Shown: piece by piece, positions 63,266 to 64,000 of the stretch
Position numbering within the stretch: the first letter of the stretch is position 1
Layout: each line of letters opens with the position of its first letter
Source of the DNA: Sphyrna mokarran
Lineage: Eukaryota
Reading direction: 5' to 3'
Assembly: GCA_024679065.1 (NCBI GenBank)
Contig: JAGIQG010000004.1
Span: 50,902,001-50,966,000, forward strand
Length of the DNA: 64,000 nt
Notes under the pieces: model-generated
What the model saw: the letters and a program-made list of their open reading frames with translations, nothing else
Databases searched by the model: none
Told to the model about the DNA's origin: nothing
Position numbers and translations under genes: made by a program

Positions 63266-64000
63266 CATTTTAGAATACTATAAATAGCATGAAAATAGTT
63301 AATAGTGGTACAGAGAAACTGCACATCCTGATCAGGAGGCTGTGCCCGTAGGTAACAGTGTGTCCAGTTGTTATTCCTCTGGCTAACGAGTTACTGATTT
63401 TTTCATGTCTTGTAAACTCAGTATTTGTCTTTTTTATAATCTAGATACAACTCTCAATTTCATTCTGTTCTTTATAAAGCCTATTCCTAGATCTGTTCCA
63501 GTAATGGATCCACTACTACCTTAGGAAGTATCTGATCTCAGTCTGAGCCCTGCATGAGCCTGAGTGGGGTTTGGAAGGGGTGGGGAGGAATTGTAACAAG
63601 CTGTCCAATTCACCATGGCACATAAATGGAGTAATGAGCTGCAACATTGCAACTAAGACTTTTCAGTTGTTACAGCTGAGCTCTAGCTAGAAAAGTGTTG
63701 AGAGGTTGCCTCCATTTGGACAGGGTTTTCACTTGCCCCCTGCAGCCTTCTCTCTTTCCCCTTCCCAGACACTATTCCCATCCATTTGGGTCTCACTTTA
63801 TCAATAAAGACACTGTTTCTAACATCTTGGGGAAATAGGTCAATGCAGCAACAGCACTAGAGGAGACAAAGCTCCTGAAGGATAAAGCAACGCCCAAAAA
63901 TCAGAATGAAGCTTCCCACCGAAGGTTTCCATTATGGATTTGGTGCTGGCTGGAGAGAGGTCCGTTTTCCATACGACCCCTGTCAAGAATCGGATGAGTT

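Larger units (their letters stand above)
1691..64000 (+). other. Intron 2 of the G-alpha-o gene (over 62 kb, continues past the window)
   Basis: No exon encoding the expected IIHEDGFS... segment was found by eye or in the ORF track. A very long intron 2 is known for vertebrate GNAO1. Confidence 0.8.

Noticed and set aside
1691-64000. G-alpha-o exon 3, or a nested protein-coding gene or intact transposase/RT
   Set aside because: No IIHEDG-type exon and no intact long ORF found; all RT and endonuclease remnants carry stops and frameshifts. A small exon could have been missed by manual reading.

Overview
This is eukaryotic genomic DNA, not a prokaryotic locus. The repeat content (HE1/V-SINE-type tRNA-derived SINEs, DeuSINE-like SINEs, CR1, L2, RTE and Penelope-like retroelements) points to a cartilaginous fish, most likely a shark (inference from recalled repeat consensi, no database search). 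The only host coding sequence is the 5' end of a Go-class G-protein alpha gene (GNAO1-like) on the + strand. It has a promoter with CCAAT, CRE and GC boxes, coding exon 1 (1324-1441, 118 nt), exon 2 (1648-1690, 43 nt, P-loop GAGESGKS), then an intron 2 of more than 62 kb that runs off the window; exon 3 was not found. Almost all other ORFs in the track are decayed retroelement fragments or chance ORFs. Signals worth follow-up: (i) two Penelope-borne minimal hammerhead ribozyme motifs with covarying stems; (ii) an intronic CpG island next to an array of ten CCAAT boxes; (iii) a 9-nt in-frame microexon candidate with a GC donor, lying between an inverted SINE pair; (iv) a candidate recursive splice site; (v) a Penelope-like insertion flanked by a ~102-bp target duplication inside an RTE LINE; (vi) a 105-bp inverted repeat enclosing an exon-like segment; (vii) an unexplained coding-like stretch with weak bornavirus-nucleoprotein-like motifs. 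None of these is proven from sequence alone, and I cannot claim a new biological system. Repeat boundaries are approximate.
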